A DNA stretch of 64,000 nt from Candidatus Bathyarchaeia archaeon. GTDB taxonomy: Archaea > Thermoproteota > Bathyarchaeia > Bathyarchaeales > Bathycorpusculaceae. The first letter of the stretch is position 1. Every line of letters begins with the position of its first letter. The stretch is from the NCBI GenBank assembly GCA_038883775.1, contig JAVZLM010000006.1, positions 32,001 to 96,000 on the forward strand, read 5' to 3'. A program made the position numbers and the translations under genes. A model generated the notes under the pieces. The model did no database searches, was not told where the DNA came from, and saw only the letters and a program-made list of their open reading frames with translations. Positions 31,946-41,746 of this stretch are shown here, in pieces.

Positions 31946-33139
31946 TTAAATCACTCCTTTAGGAATCCAAGGTCTTTGTCCAGCGATGACGCTTCCATTA
32001 TATGCGTCAACTATTACGGAAAAGGATTTGCCACCCATACGATATTCTATAAACCACCAAGGCGCATACACCAGTTCAGGCTCTTCCATAGGGTAGGCTC
32101 CAACACTAAACCTTGAAACAAAAGTGTATCTTGACCTTAACTCTTGTAAAGCTAATCCCTTTGCTTTTTCCTTAGCCTCTTGAGCGCTTATTTCCACATT
32201 AAGTGTTTCTTCTCCGGTTTTCTTGAAAGGTTCCTTCCTATCCAATGGAATTTTGTAGGCGCCCACGTCCGGCTGATATTGGGCTGCTTTGCGTGCTACA
32301 ACAAACACGTCCATTGCCTCGCTAACGGAAACTCTTTCTTTTCTGTCGGCTAACGCTTTTCCTGCTCCTCTTCCAGCTCCGCCGAAGATGCTTCCGAGGG
32401 CTCCTCCTAAAGCTTGCATTGCCACTTCTTGGGCAACTTGCGACTTTGTATCTTTCGCTTTTACCAAGGCTTTTTTACCTTCAAGGTCTCCTTCAAGTTG
32501 AACAGTTACAGCCCAATTTGGAACATAACGAAGAACAATGGCGCCCCATTCGGCACGTTCAGCCATGCCCCGAGTAACAAGAATTCCTTTTGCCACATGA
32601 TTTTTGGCTATTTCCAGCGTCTGAGAACCAGTAAGTAGTACAGGTAGCATGCTGCATCTTGGAGGTTGTTCGCCAGTTGTGTTGTTGACGTATCCGCAGT
32701 AGTTGCAAACTACGAGAACTTCTTCTGGATTATATGTGAGTGGGGCTCCGCAGTGCATGCATACTTCAAGTTTAGGTTTCGGCGGTGGTAGTGGTTGTGG
32801 TTGAGTTGGAGCGGCTACCGTTGGGGGCGCTGGTGAAATCACGCCTAAACTTTTGGCTATTTCCATGGCTTCCTGTTTCTGTTGCTCTTTCCAGCTAATC
32901 AAAGCACTTGGATTGTCGCATGAATTTGCCAAAGCTTGCTCCACAACATCCATCAAATCGCCTGATCCATCAACTTCCACATAAACGTCCTCTGGCACGC
33001 CTCTAACTTTGACTGTTGCCTTTTCAAAAAAGCCTTTTTTCAGTTCAAGCATGAAACTTCTTTCGCCTGGAATAATTTTCTTAGTACTCCAACCCGCATG
33101 CTTAAGGTATTCGGGGAGAACTTGTTGAAAATTTGCCAT
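31946..33139 (-). CDS. Zn-ribbon protein (YdjG-like) with N-terminal extension, Pro-rich linker and glycine zipper
   Basis: CMHCGAP..CNYCG; YVP.W; C-terminal P.W...Y..GK....IVD...G.V..G..P; paralog of 34105-34857; start 33139 or 33175. Confidence 0.65.
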   Translation of the reverse strand: MANFQQVLPEYLKHAGWSTKKIIPGERSFMLELKKGFFEKATVKVRGVPEDVYVEVDGSGDLMDVVEQALANSCDNPSALISWKEQQKQEAMEIAKSLGVISPAPPTVAAPTQPQPLPPPKPKLEVCMHCGAPLTYNPEEVLVVCNYCGYVNNTTGEQPPRCSMLPVLLTGSQTLEIAKNHVAKGILVTRGMAERAEWGAIVLRYVPNWAVTVQLEGDLEGKKALVKAKDTKSQVAQEVAMQALGGALGSIFGGAGRGAGKALADRKERVSVSEAMDVFVVARKAAQYQPDVGAYKIPLDRKEPFKKTGEETLNVEISAQEAKEKAKGLALQELRSRYTFVSRFSVGAYPMEEPELVYAPWWFIEYRMGGKSFSVIVDAYNGSVIAGQRPWIPKGVI

Positions 33140-33171
33140 TTTTGCTCCAATTTGGCGGTAACGGGCTGAGT

Positions 33172-33708
33172 TCATCCTCCCAATCCTCTAAGAATTTCCG
33201 ACCTCTTGTCCACGAGTCCGTCTAGTTCTTCAACTTTTGATATTAATTCGTCCATTGCTGTTCTCCACTCGTCTTTTCCAGGCTCCAGCTCGTTTACTTT
33301 TTCAACATCTGCTTTTATGGCTTCGGCTTTTTCTATCAAACTTACGTCATATTCTAGTACGGTGTCAAGCTTGTCCTCTTTAACTTTGATAGCGTCGAAC
33401 ATTCCAGCATATCCAGCAACTGCCCTATCTATGCGCTGTGTGACTCTATCAATGCGGGCTGTAAGCGTGTCAAACCTAAAGGTGTCTTCGCTTGAAAGTT
33501 TTTGGATGAGGGCTGGGTTTGCGAATTTTCTTCTGAAAGCTGTTTTTGCAGCTTTAAGCCTATTCACAACTTCCATTCGCACAAGGCGGTCGCTTTCTCG
33601 GCGCAGTTCCTTCTCTTTGTAGCCTCTGTATCCAGGGATATAACCCATAATTCTCTCAAGAAGGCCTCGTTCTTTTTGCACTTTTCCCAAATAATCTTTT
33701 CCACTCAT
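33172..33708 (-). CDS. conserved alpha-helical hypothetical protein
   Basis: LERIMGYIPGYRGYKEKELRRESDRLVR...GYAGMFDAIKVKE..LD.VLEYD; translationally coupled to its neighbours. Confidence 0.7.
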   Translation of the reverse strand: MSGKDYLGKVQKERGLLERIMGYIPGYRGYKEKELRRESDRLVRMEVVNRLKAAKTAFRRKFANPALIQKLSSEDTFRFDTLTARIDRVTQRIDRAVAGYAGMFDAIKVKEDKLDTVLEYDVSLIEKAEAIKADVEKVNELEPGKDEWRTAMDELISKVEELDGLVDKRSEILRGLGG

Positions 33709-34058
33709 TTTTTACCTCTCCAGTATGTAACTATACCTATAACAGCAACAACAATTAAAAGGATGCCTAAAATAACGAAGGCGTTCACCACATTATAGAA
33801 GGCTGAAGCTGCTGCAATGGCAAACATTATGACGCCCCAAACCAGATAATAAGTTGATTCTTTGCCAGCTATAAAGGAAAAAATTATAGTGTAAACCCCG
33901 AGGGGACCCAAAAGCCAAGCGGGAATGTTTAAAATATTAAGGGGAATTACGTTCATGCTGTAAATAACCGCCGCAAATCCTATGGAGATGACGAGAATGA
34001 CAAGGGCTCCAACATTATAATCCAATGTTTTACGTTCAGCGTTCATCTTATTCCTCAA
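33705..34058 (-). CDS. small 4-TM membrane protein
   Basis: four hydrophobic segments; 4-bp overlap with the downstream gene. Confidence 0.7.
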   Translation of the reverse strand: MRNKMNAERKTLDYNVGALVILVISIGFAAVIYSMNVIPLNILNIPAWLLGPLGVYTIIFSFIAGKESTYYLVWGVIMFAIAAASAFYNVVNAFVILGILLIVVAVIGIVTYWRGKK

Positions 34059-34104
34059 GATATTTTTGACTTATTATTTTGTAATGGTTTCTTTTAAAGT
34101 TTCA

Positions 34105-34857
34105 CTATAAAATTCCAAAACCTGCTGGAGGTATGTCACCCTTCACAACCGTTCCTGTAGCCCCATCCACTATTAGTTGGTAAGTTTTTCCCTTATACTC
34201 ATATTTTATAAACCATATGGGGGAGTGGAGGTAAACTGCTTGGTTAACTTTTATTTCATTTTTTATCTCAATTATTTTATCCACATCTTGCTGGGCTAAG
34301 TATTTATGGTGTTCTTCGATTTCCTCTTTTGCCTCTTCCAAAGCCTCGTCCTTGTCGATTTCACTGTTTAATATTTTGGCATAACCTTCAATTTTTCTAA
34401 AGTCGTAAGGAATTTTGCCTTCTAATGGCACATCATATTCTTTTGTTGGAAATTCTGTGGCTTTTCTTGCCAAAATTAGCCAGTTGTATTTTTTCTTGAT
34501 TTGTCCTTCCTTGACAACGGCTGGTGTGATACGTTCAAAAATTCCTTTATAGGTTGTCTCTGCTTCTGCAGTTATAATCCAGAAAGGTATGTAGATTAGG
34601 GATTTTTCCAAGATTTTTGATTTTCGTGCAAGGTCTGGAGGTTTCAGAAAACCAGTATTCATCCAACCCTTTACGAGTTCTTCAATTTGTGCTGAGTCGT
34701 ATTTGTTTAGGAGCATTGAATGTTCAAAAGTGAAGACTTTTCCAGTTTCTATCACAACCGTATAACCGCAATATTTGCATGTCGCTATTATCTCGCCTGG
34801 TTCAAAAGATATGGGGGCGCCACAATTTGAACATCTAATTTCTTGCACAATGGACAT
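34105..34857 (-). CDS. Zn-ribbon protein (YdjG-like)
   Basis: CSNCGAP...CKYCG, YIPFW, P.W...Y.YKGK.Y...VDG.TG.V..G..P. Confidence 0.7.
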   Translation of the reverse strand: MSIVQEIRCSNCGAPISFEPGEIIATCKYCGYTVVIETGKVFTFEHSMLLNKYDSAQIEELVKGWMNTGFLKPPDLARKSKILEKSLIYIPFWIITAEAETTYKGIFERITPAVVKEGQIKKKYNWLILARKATEFPTKEYDVPLEGKIPYDFRKIEGYAKILNSEIDKDEALEEAKEEIEEHHKYLAQQDVDKIIEIKNEIKVNQAVYLHSPIWFIKYEYKGKTYQLIVDGATGTVVKGDIPPAGFGIL

Positions 34858-34864
34858 TTCTGTT

Positions 34865-36247
34865 TCACGCTTTCGGTTTTTCCCTCTTCATAATTTCCCT
34901 CGCCACCAGAACCCCAGAAGCAGAAGCCTGAACCAAGCCCCGTGTTACGCCTGCTCCATCACCTATGGTGAACAAATTACGGATTTTGGTTTCTAAACAA
35001 CTGCTAAGCTGCAATTTTGAGGAGTAAAACTTCACTTCTACACCATAAAGAAGAGTGTCTCGTGAGTAAATGCCCGACGAGATTTTGTCCAAAGCTCTAA
35101 TCATTTCGCGTATATCCGTAAGATATCGGTATGGCAAGACAAAGCTTAAGTCGCCTGGAGTGGCATTTTTTAATGTTGGGGTTATTACGCTTCTTGAGAT
35201 TCTTTCTGGTGTTGACCTTCTTCCCGCTTCCAAATCGCCGAGACGTTGTATTATTACGCCTCCGCTTAGAAGATTTGAAAGCCTTGCGAGGTATTTTCCG
35301 TAGGCTATGGGTTCTTTGAAGGGTTCTGTGAAAGATGTGCTTACGAGAATAGCGAAATTCGTGTTTTCTGTTTTTCTTTCTGCGTAGCTTTGACCATTGA
35401 CTGTTAAAACTCCATTGTAGGATTCTGTTATAACTTCGCCATATGGCGCAACACAGAAAGTGCGAACTTGGTCGTCAAAATGTTTTGAATAATATATGAG
35501 TTTGGGCTCGTAAAGGGCGCTTGTCAACTCTTCCATTACAGAAGCTAGAACTTCTACTCTTATTCCAACGTCAACGGGGTTGTTGAGGGTTTTTAATCCT
35601 AAGGCTTGGGCTTCTGATTGGAGCCATTCAGCACCGCTTCTTCCAGGCGCCACAATCACGTATTTTGCAAAGAATTTTTCGCCGTTTACAGTTTCAACGC
35701 CTTCAACGGCGTCGTTTTTCAATATGAGCCCTTTAACGTCGGTTTTTGGTTTAAATTCAACTTTATTGTTTAATTCTTGCCTCATTTTTCTTAATGTTTG
35801 GGCGCATCTTTCCGTGCCCATGTGCCGAATTTTTTGGCGAATAAGCTTCAACCCAGCCAAAGAAGCCTTCCGCTCAATTTCTTCTACCTTTTCAATGTCT
35901 GCGCCGTAACTGTGTTCGGGCGCACCAAACTTTAGGTAAATGGAATCCACATAGTTTACGAGTTCCTCAAGTTCTTTTGAGGATACGTATTGGTTGAGCC
36001 AACCGCCAACCTCCGTAGAGAGGGTGAGTTTGCCGTCGCTGAAGGCTCCGGCGCCGCCCCATCCAGACAGAAGCAGGCATGGTTCGCAGTGGACGCATTC
36101 GAATCCTCGGCTTGCTGGACATTTGCGTTGATTAATGTCTGGACCTCTGTCGATTATGAGAATGTTTAGTTTAGTTTTTTCTGTAAGCTCTAAAGCTGAG
36201 AATATTCCTGCGGGTCCGGCTCCGACGATTATTACGTCGTATTTCAA
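34865..36247 (-). CDS. FAD-dependent oxidoreductase (COG2509-like)
   Basis: YDVIIVGAGPAG, GWGGAGAFSDGKL, IRHMGT, APGRSG, VRTFC, EVKFYS, GDGAGVTRGL; TTG start at 36247 after CAGGAG. Confidence 0.88.
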   Translation of the reverse strand: MKYDVIIVGAGPAGIFSALELTEKTKLNILIIDRGPDINQRKCPASRGFECVHCEPCLLLSGWGGAGAFSDGKLTLSTEVGGWLNQYVSSKELEELVNYVDSIYLKFGAPEHSYGADIEKVEEIERKASLAGLKLIRQKIRHMGTERCAQTLRKMRQELNNKVEFKPKTDVKGLILKNDAVEGVETVNGEKFFAKYVIVAPGRSGAEWLQSEAQALGLKTLNNPVDVGIRVEVLASVMEELTSALYEPKLIYYSKHFDDQVRTFCVAPYGEVITESYNGVLTVNGQSYAERKTENTNFAILVSTSFTEPFKEPIAYGKYLARLSNLLSGGVIIQRLGDLEAGRRSTPERISRSVITPTLKNATPGDLSFVLPYRYLTDIREMIRALDKISSGIYSRDTLLYGVEVKFYSSKLQLSSCLETKIRNLFTIGDGAGVTRGLVQASASGVLVAREIMKREKPKA

Positions 36248-36313
36248 TGGTTTTATCTCCTGAAACCCAGAAGTAGATGGGGTAACTTGCATATATTTTT
36301 AGCGAACCACTAA

Positions 36314-36661
36314 TCATTTTTGCGTATATGGTATGAGACAAAGAAACTTCACAACTTTCGAGCCAGTATTCCTAAACTGGTGCTCTTCTTTTGGCGGAAT
36401 AAAAATGACATCACCAGGCTTAAACTCGCTTTCTTCGCCTCCACTTTGCACTATGCCTTCACCTTCTAAAATGAAAACTTCATGCTCCCAATCATGAGAA
36501 TGCAAAGGACTGTAACCGCCAGGCTCCATCTCGAAAAGTCTCATGGCAAAGTTTTCAGCGCCAATATCTTTTGTTATAAGCCATCTAACCCTCAGCTTAA
36601 ATGTTCCTTTTTCCGCATCCTTCGCTTCCACGCTTGTATAAGGAAAAATTTTCATGTTCAT
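36314..36661 (-). CDS. cupin domain protein
   Basis: FAMRLFEMEPGG.SPLHSHDWEHEVFIL.G, GDVIFIPP.EEHQF.N. Confidence 0.9.
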   Translation of the reverse strand: MNMKIFPYTSVEAKDAEKGTFKLRVRWLITKDIGAENFAMRLFEMEPGGYSPLHSHDWEHEVFILEGEGIVQSGGEESEFKPGDVIFIPPKEEHQFRNTGSKVVKFLCLIPYTQK

Positions 36662-36704
36662 TCTCTCCTTAAATAGGAAAGTTAAGTGAATTCGAAAAGG
36701 TGTA

Positions 36705-36992
36705 TTAATCTTTTATGGCTTCTAGGAGGCTCATAACATTCCATAATTTCACTCGTGTATAAGGTGGCATGTTCGGATCCTGCAAAATCTCATCCAAGAT
36801 TGAAATGGCATTAGAAGCCCTAACAGCAGGCGTAAACTCTGTTGTTTGCAAAGCATCCATAGAATCTTTAGCGGCTCTCCTAATATTTCGCGGCGTAGTA
36901 TTATCCTCAGAAACAGCATTTAACACTGCCAAAGCCTGCTTGATTCTTTCCTCATATTCTTCAAGCTTCTTTTTCCTAACCATGACAGCCAC
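36705..36992 (-). CDS. UPF0147 family protein
   Basis: D.TTPRNIRRAA, RASNAISILDEI.QDPNMP.YTR..LW. Confidence 0.88.
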   Translation of the reverse strand: MAVMVRKKKLEEYEERIKQALAVLNAVSEDNTTPRNIRRAAKDSMDALQTTEFTPAVRASNAISILDEILQDPNMPPYTRVKLWNVMSLLEAIKD

Positions 36993-37057
36993 CTCACATA
37001 ATTTTCAATAATAAGTTATTATAGGCTTTTATACTATTCTATTGGAGGCTTAAACCC

Positions 37058-37420
37058 TTGCCACAAGAAAAAGACGAAGAAAAATACGTCAAAAGAATGG
37101 CTGATCTACTACGCCAAGGCTCAACCCTCACAGACTTGGCTTGCCCCGTTTGTGCTTCTCCACTATTCAAGCTAAAAAGCGGTGACCTATGGTGCGCAAA
37201 ATGCGAAAAGAAAGTCATAGTGGTAAAAGAAGGAGAAGAACCAAAAATAACCAGCTCTATAGTCCTAGACACTATGGAAGCCACACTCTTAACAAAGATA
37301 CAAGAAATACAAAACAAAATGCAACACGAACAAAACATAGAAGAACTCCAAAAACTTGGCAAGACACTATCTGACTTGCTGGAAAACCTTGAAAAGTTAA
37401 GAAAGGTTAAAAGGTTTTAG
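37058..37420 (+). CDS. UPF0148 / Sjogren autoantigen p27-like Zn-ribbon protein
   Basis: MADLLRQGSTL.DLACPVC.SPLFK...G..WC..C. Confidence 0.85.
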   Translation: MPQEKDEEKYVKRMADLLRQGSTLTDLACPVCASPLFKLKSGDLWCAKCEKKVIVVKEGEEPKITSSIVLDTMEATLLTKIQEIQNKMQHEQNIEELQKLGKTLSDLLENLEKLRKVKRF

Positions 37421-37433
37421 GGCGAAAAGGCAG

Positions 37434-37943
37434 ATGCTTGGGTTTTACGAAAATTTTCCACAAAACATCCACAAAACAGCCCATTTCACCACCTCAATAT
37501 CAAACAAAAAATTACAACAAACACTAATACGCACACTCCAACAAATAAACGCTAAAGCCTTCAAATTAGAAGAAATTGCAGACCCATCAATCCCTCAATG
37601 CACAGTACTTTTCGAGTTTGGCATAGCCGAAGCTAACACCTTCAACTTCCTAAGCAGCGAAGAAACAAACAAGGTGCTAAAAGCTATAAACAAAAAACCA
37701 TTTCAGCTCGTGGATTTCTTCTGCGCCATCCGCTACTATAAAGTAGAAAACGAACAGAAAAAGCCCTTAAAATTTGATTATTACATGATGCGCTTCCTAT
37801 TCAACAAAAACTATGTGGAAACACAAGTTTTCCATGAAAGAGGACCGAGATACCTATCCCCAGACGATGTGGTCAACCTTATTTTAAAGAAGACTAACGA
37901 GGCCTTTTCAAGGAAAATACTAAAAACCCTTCAGCCCCCTTAA
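37434..37943 (+). CDS. conserved hypothetical protein
   Basis: clean 169-aa ORF co-oriented with the upstream gene; VFHERGPR motif; no function recognised. Confidence 0.65.
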   Translation: MLGFYENFPQNIHKTAHFTTSISNKKLQQTLIRTLQQINAKAFKLEEIADPSIPQCTVLFEFGIAEANTFNFLSSEETNKVLKAINKKPFQLVDFFCAIRYYKVENEQKKPLKFDYYMMRFLFNKNYVETQVFHERGPRYLSPDDVVNLILKKTNEAFSRKILKTLQPP

Positions 37944-38539
37944 GTTGTTTTTCCTAAAAAGTTTGTAACAAATTTTAATATGGCTTCAGCCACTTCCGCC
38001 TTTGATTTGTTTCCATCTACCCTAATAAGCTCGCCTTTCTCGACAAAGTCTAAGTATATGGAACGCACTTTTCTTTGAGTTCCCAAATTTTCCATAACTG
38101 ATTTTTTAGATTTTAATCGTTTAATTGCAGTCTCTGGCTCCACGTCAATAAAAATTGCCAAGTCTGGACGAAACGCATGCTTATTTATAGTTTCAATCCA
38201 CTGCAAATCAAGTCCCGTAGCCCCTTGATAAGCCAGAGAAGAATAAACATAACGGTCAGAAACCACAATTTTCCCAGCATTTAAGGCTGGAACAATTTCG
38301 TTATTAACATGTTCAAAACGGTCTGCAGCGAAAAGCAAAGCTTCCACAATAGCTGAAACCCTTTTTCCACTATGCAAACAATACCTTCTTATGAACTGCC
38401 CAATTTTTCCCGAACTCGGTTCCGCCGTGTAAACAGCAGCATAACCCATCCTTTTCAACCTTCTAACAAGGAGTTTTGTTTGTGTTGTTTTTCCACAGCC
38501 ATCTAATCCTTCAATACAGATGAAAGAGCCTTTCTTCAT
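37940..38539 (-). CDS. tmk: thymidylate kinase
   Basis: FICIEGLDGCGKTTQ, ALLFAADR, SDRYVYSSLAYQ. Confidence 0.95.
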   Translation of the reverse strand: MKKGSFICIEGLDGCGKTTQTKLLVRRLKRMGYAAVYTAEPSSGKIGQFIRRYCLHSGKRVSAIVEALLFAADRFEHVNNEIVPALNAGKIVVSDRYVYSSLAYQGATGLDLQWIETINKHAFRPDLAIFIDVEPETAIKRLKSKKSVMENLGTQRKVRSIYLDFVEKGELIRVDGNKSKAEVAEAILKFVTNFLGKTT

Positions 38540-38625
38540 TTTATCAATCCTTAATTGCGTATAGCATTAGGCATTATAAGTGAAGATGCATTAATAATTA
38601 TTTCAGAAACCACGGAGAAAAGAAG

Positions 38626-39906
38626 ATGCCAAAAAACCATTGGGGAGAAATAAAAGACCCAGTCCACGGATACGTGTACATAACAGAAGAAGAAAAAGAG
38701 ATAATAGACTCTTACCCCGTGCAAAGACTGCGAAGGCTACGCCAATTGGCTGGGGCGGAATATGTTTATCCAGGAGCCAACCACACCCGCTTTGAACATT
38801 CAGTAGGCGTCATGCATCTCGCTGGAAAGGTTGCCGAAAACCCGAACATCTCCCAATACATAAGCCAAGAAGAAGGGGAAGTGATTAAAATTGCAGCCTT
38901 ACTCCATGATGTTGGACACGGACCCTTCTCCCATGTTTTTGAACATTTGCTTGACAAGGAATTAGACAAAACCCACGAGGATATGACTTATTGGATAATC
39001 ACAAATAGCGAATTAAAATATATCATTAAAAAGTTTGGTTACAACCCAGAAGAAATTGGGAAATTGGCTGTTGGAAGGCTTCACAAACCTCAAAAAGCTT
39101 TTTTAGACCAAATAATAAGCAGCGCCGTTGATGTGGACAAATTGGACTTTGTCATAAGGGACACACATCATACGGGCGCAGAATACGGCTTTGTTGACAT
39201 TTTCAGGCTAATCCATGCGTTGGATGTGTTGGGAGAAAATTTGGCAGTGGATTTAGGCGCTCTGTCGGCGCTTGAATCCTTCATAATAGCCAGAATAGAA
39301 TCCTTCAAAAGTATATACTTTCACCGTGTCGGAAGAGCCGCCCAAATAATGCTTGCCATAGCAATGGAAAAGGCAAACCCAGAGCTTGGATTAACCCAAT
39401 TCAAATCTCCAGAAGAGTACCTCGCCATGGACGATTATACGGTTTGGACCCAGCTTAAAAAATGCAAAAAATCAAGCAAGATTATAAAAAATCTTGAAAG
39501 ACGAAAAATGCTCAAATGCGCTTACGAATGGACCTTTTACGAAAAAGACGTAAAAATCTCAAACATTTTCAGCAAAGAAGCCCACAGAAGACAGCTTCAA
39601 ACAGACATTGCGAAAAAAGCTGGAGTAGCAACAGAAGCCGTAATAATAGATGTGCCAACCGTTCCCTCAGTTCCCTATCACCATTCAGTTCTAATGGAAC
39701 CCATGGAAATTCCAGCCTTCTACAAAACCCGTGAAGGCAAAAAATTTCCACAACGCCTAAGCGACATCTCAAAAATCTTCGAAGTTCTCAAAGGATTCAT
39801 AAACATACTGCGCGTTTATACAGACGAAGAAAACCGTGAAAAAGTTAGCGCTGCAGCGGCAAAGATTTTAGGTGGAACACCCACAACAGCAAGAATATCC
39901 TACTAA
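38626..39906 (+). CDS. HD-domain phosphohydrolase (SAMHD1-like dNTPase)
   Basis: IKDPVHG, QRLRRLRQL, YPGANHTRFEHSVG, ALLHDVGHGPFSH, DVDKLD, YFHR. Confidence 0.9.
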   Translation: MPKNHWGEIKDPVHGYVYITEEEKEIIDSYPVQRLRRLRQLAGAEYVYPGANHTRFEHSVGVMHLAGKVAENPNISQYISQEEGEVIKIAALLHDVGHGPFSHVFEHLLDKELDKTHEDMTYWIITNSELKYIIKKFGYNPEEIGKLAVGRLHKPQKAFLDQIISSAVDVDKLDFVIRDTHHTGAEYGFVDIFRLIHALDVLGENLAVDLGALSALESFIIARIESFKSIYFHRVGRAAQIMLAIAMEKANPELGLTQFKSPEEYLAMDDYTVWTQLKKCKKSSKIIKNLERRKMLKCAYEWTFYEKDVKISNIFSKEAHRRQLQTDIAKKAGVATEAVIIDVPTVPSVPYHHSVLMEPMEIPAFYKTREGKKFPQRLSDISKIFEVLKGFINILRVYTDEENREKVSAAAAKILGGTPTTARISY

Positions 39907-39916
39907 AGTGCGTGAA

Positions 39917-40333
39917 ATGCAGCCAATAAAACTAAAAGGAAGAAAAATAGTTGAGGGATACTGCAAAGCACAAGCCCTAGTATCCACTAAGCCAATAAGT
40001 TTTTTGGGAGGAGTAGACCCAGCCGACGGAAAAATAATCGAACGCGACCACGATTTGTATGGAGAGTGTATAAAGGATAAAGTCTTATGTTTTCCGCATG
40101 GGCATGGCTCAACTGTTGGTAGTTATGTGCTATATTCCCTAGCCAAGAAAAATTGTGCGCCAAAAGCCATAATCAACCAAACCGCTGACCCCGTCATGGT
40201 TGTTGGAGCCATAATAGCAAACATTCCGATGATTGACCAAATAGACATTAGACAAATAACAACAGGCGACATGATAGAAGTTGATGCACACAAAGGCATT
40301 ATCAAAATTTGGAAAAAGGAAGGAGCAAAATAG
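39917..40333 (+). CDS. aconitase X swivel subunit (DUF126; phosphomevalonate dehydratase small subunit-like)
   Basis: ISFLGGVDP..G, GSTVGSYVLY.L, GAIIA.IP; ATG at 39917. Confidence 0.88.
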   Translation: MQPIKLKGRKIVEGYCKAQALVSTKPISFLGGVDPADGKIIERDHDLYGECIKDKVLCFPHGHGSTVGSYVLYSLAKKNCAPKAIINQTADPVMVVGAIIANIPMIDQIDIRQITTGDMIEVDAHKGIIKIWKKEGAK

Positions 40334-40335
40334 GC

Positions 40336-41511
40336 ATGTATTTAACAAAGGAAGAAGAACGCATCTACGATGGCGAATTTGGCTGGGCAAACCAAATCTG
40401 CATTAAAATCCTCGTTCGCTTAGGCGAACTCTTCAACGCCAAAAAACTTATTCCAATAAGCTCCTCCCACGTTTCAGGAGTATCCTACAAAACCTTAGGA
40501 GATGCACCCACAGAATTTCTCGAAGCCTTGGCAGGGGCTGATGCCAAAGTAAAAGCAAAATCGACACTAAACCCTCAAAGCCTCGACTGCAGCTTTCTCT
40601 GTAAAAAGCTTCCATCGGAGTTGCATGAAAAGCAAACGAAGGTTCTAAATTGTTTTGAGAAAATGGGTTTTACGCCCTCGTTAACGTGCACGCCATACTA
40701 TTTAGAAAAACCAAAAAAAGGCGTTCATTTGGCTTGGGCTGAATCTTCAGCCGTAGTTTACGCAAACTCTGTGCTTGGAGCGTGGACAAATCGAGAAGGA
40801 GGACCAAGCGCCCTTGCGGCAGCCATAATAGGGAAAACACCAGATTATGGAATGCACCAAGCTGAAAACCGGCAACCAAAGGTTTTAGTGAAATTAGAAA
40901 AACAATTATCAAGCGATGTGGAGTTTGGTGCTTTAGGAATTTTTCTTGGCAAAATTTTGAAGGACGAAATCCCCATAATCCAAGGTTTAGAAAAAGCTTC
41001 AGAGGATAATTTAAAACAGTTGGGTGCAGCCCTCGCAACCGCTGGAATGACAAACATGTTCTACCACAAGCCCCCACACATAAAAACCGGCAAAATGGAA
41101 AAAATAAGTGTGCAAACCAACGATTTAAAAAGAACACTTGAAAAATTAACCACAACACATACACGAAAACCAGACTTAATTTTTGTAGGATGCCCCCACT
41201 GCTCCTTAAAAGAAACCAGACAAATCGCAGAGTTAATAGGCGACAGAAAAATCAGAAAGGAAACAGAATTTTGGGTTTGCACATCACGCTACATAAAAGA
41301 AAAAGCCAAAAAATATGCGGAAAAAATGGAAAAAAGCGGGGTCCATGTGCTTACGGACACATGCGCTGTCGTAACATGGACAGAAAAACTCGGAATAAAA
41401 ACAATAATGACAAACTCCGCAAAAACAGCCCATTATGCGCCTACACTAAACAAAGCAGAAACAATATTCGCACCACTAAAAGAGTGCATAAAAAGGGCAT
41501 GTGAAGGATAA
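40336..41511 (+). CDS. aconitase X catalytic subunit (DUF521; phosphomevalonate dehydratase large subunit-like)
   Basis: MYLTKEEE, HVSGVSYKT, TCTPY, AWAESSA, NSVLGA.TNREGG, GCPHCS, DTC, TNSAK. Confidence 0.9.
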   Translation: MYLTKEEERIYDGEFGWANQICIKILVRLGELFNAKKLIPISSSHVSGVSYKTLGDAPTEFLEALAGADAKVKAKSTLNPQSLDCSFLCKKLPSELHEKQTKVLNCFEKMGFTPSLTCTPYYLEKPKKGVHLAWAESSAVVYANSVLGAWTNREGGPSALAAAIIGKTPDYGMHQAENRQPKVLVKLEKQLSSDVEFGALGIFLGKILKDEIPIIQGLEKASEDNLKQLGAALATAGMTNMFYHKPPHIKTGKMEKISVQTNDLKRTLEKLTTTHTRKPDLIFVGCPHCSLKETRQIAELIGDRKIRKETEFWVCTSRYIKEKAKKYAEKMEKSGVHVLTDTCAVVTWTEKLGIKTIMTNSAKTAHYAPTLNKAETIFAPLKECIKRACEG

Positions 41512-41553
41512 GGTTTATTCGAAGGAAAAAGCATCTTGCATGATGCTACAAAA

Positions 41554-41628
41554 GCTCCGGTAGTATAGCCCGGTCAAGTATTCCGGCCTTTCGAGCCGGA
41601 GACGCGGGTCCGAATCCCGCCCGGAGCA
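41554..41628 (+). tRNA. tRNA-Glu(TTC), intronless
   Basis: GCTCCGG TAGTATAGCCCGGTCAAGTATT CCGGC CT-TTC-GA GCCGG AGAC GCGGG TCCGAAT CCCGC CCGGAGC A cloverleaf; T-loop reads TCC instead of TTC. Confidence 0.93.
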
Positions 41629-41746
41629 TTAAATTTAAGCTCATTTTAAGCGTATTTTGGTTAAAAAAGCTCAATTCGAGCAGTTTACAAAAGAGGCTAA
41701 AATTGGAACACGAATTTACTGGCAAAACATCAATATATTTTAGGCT

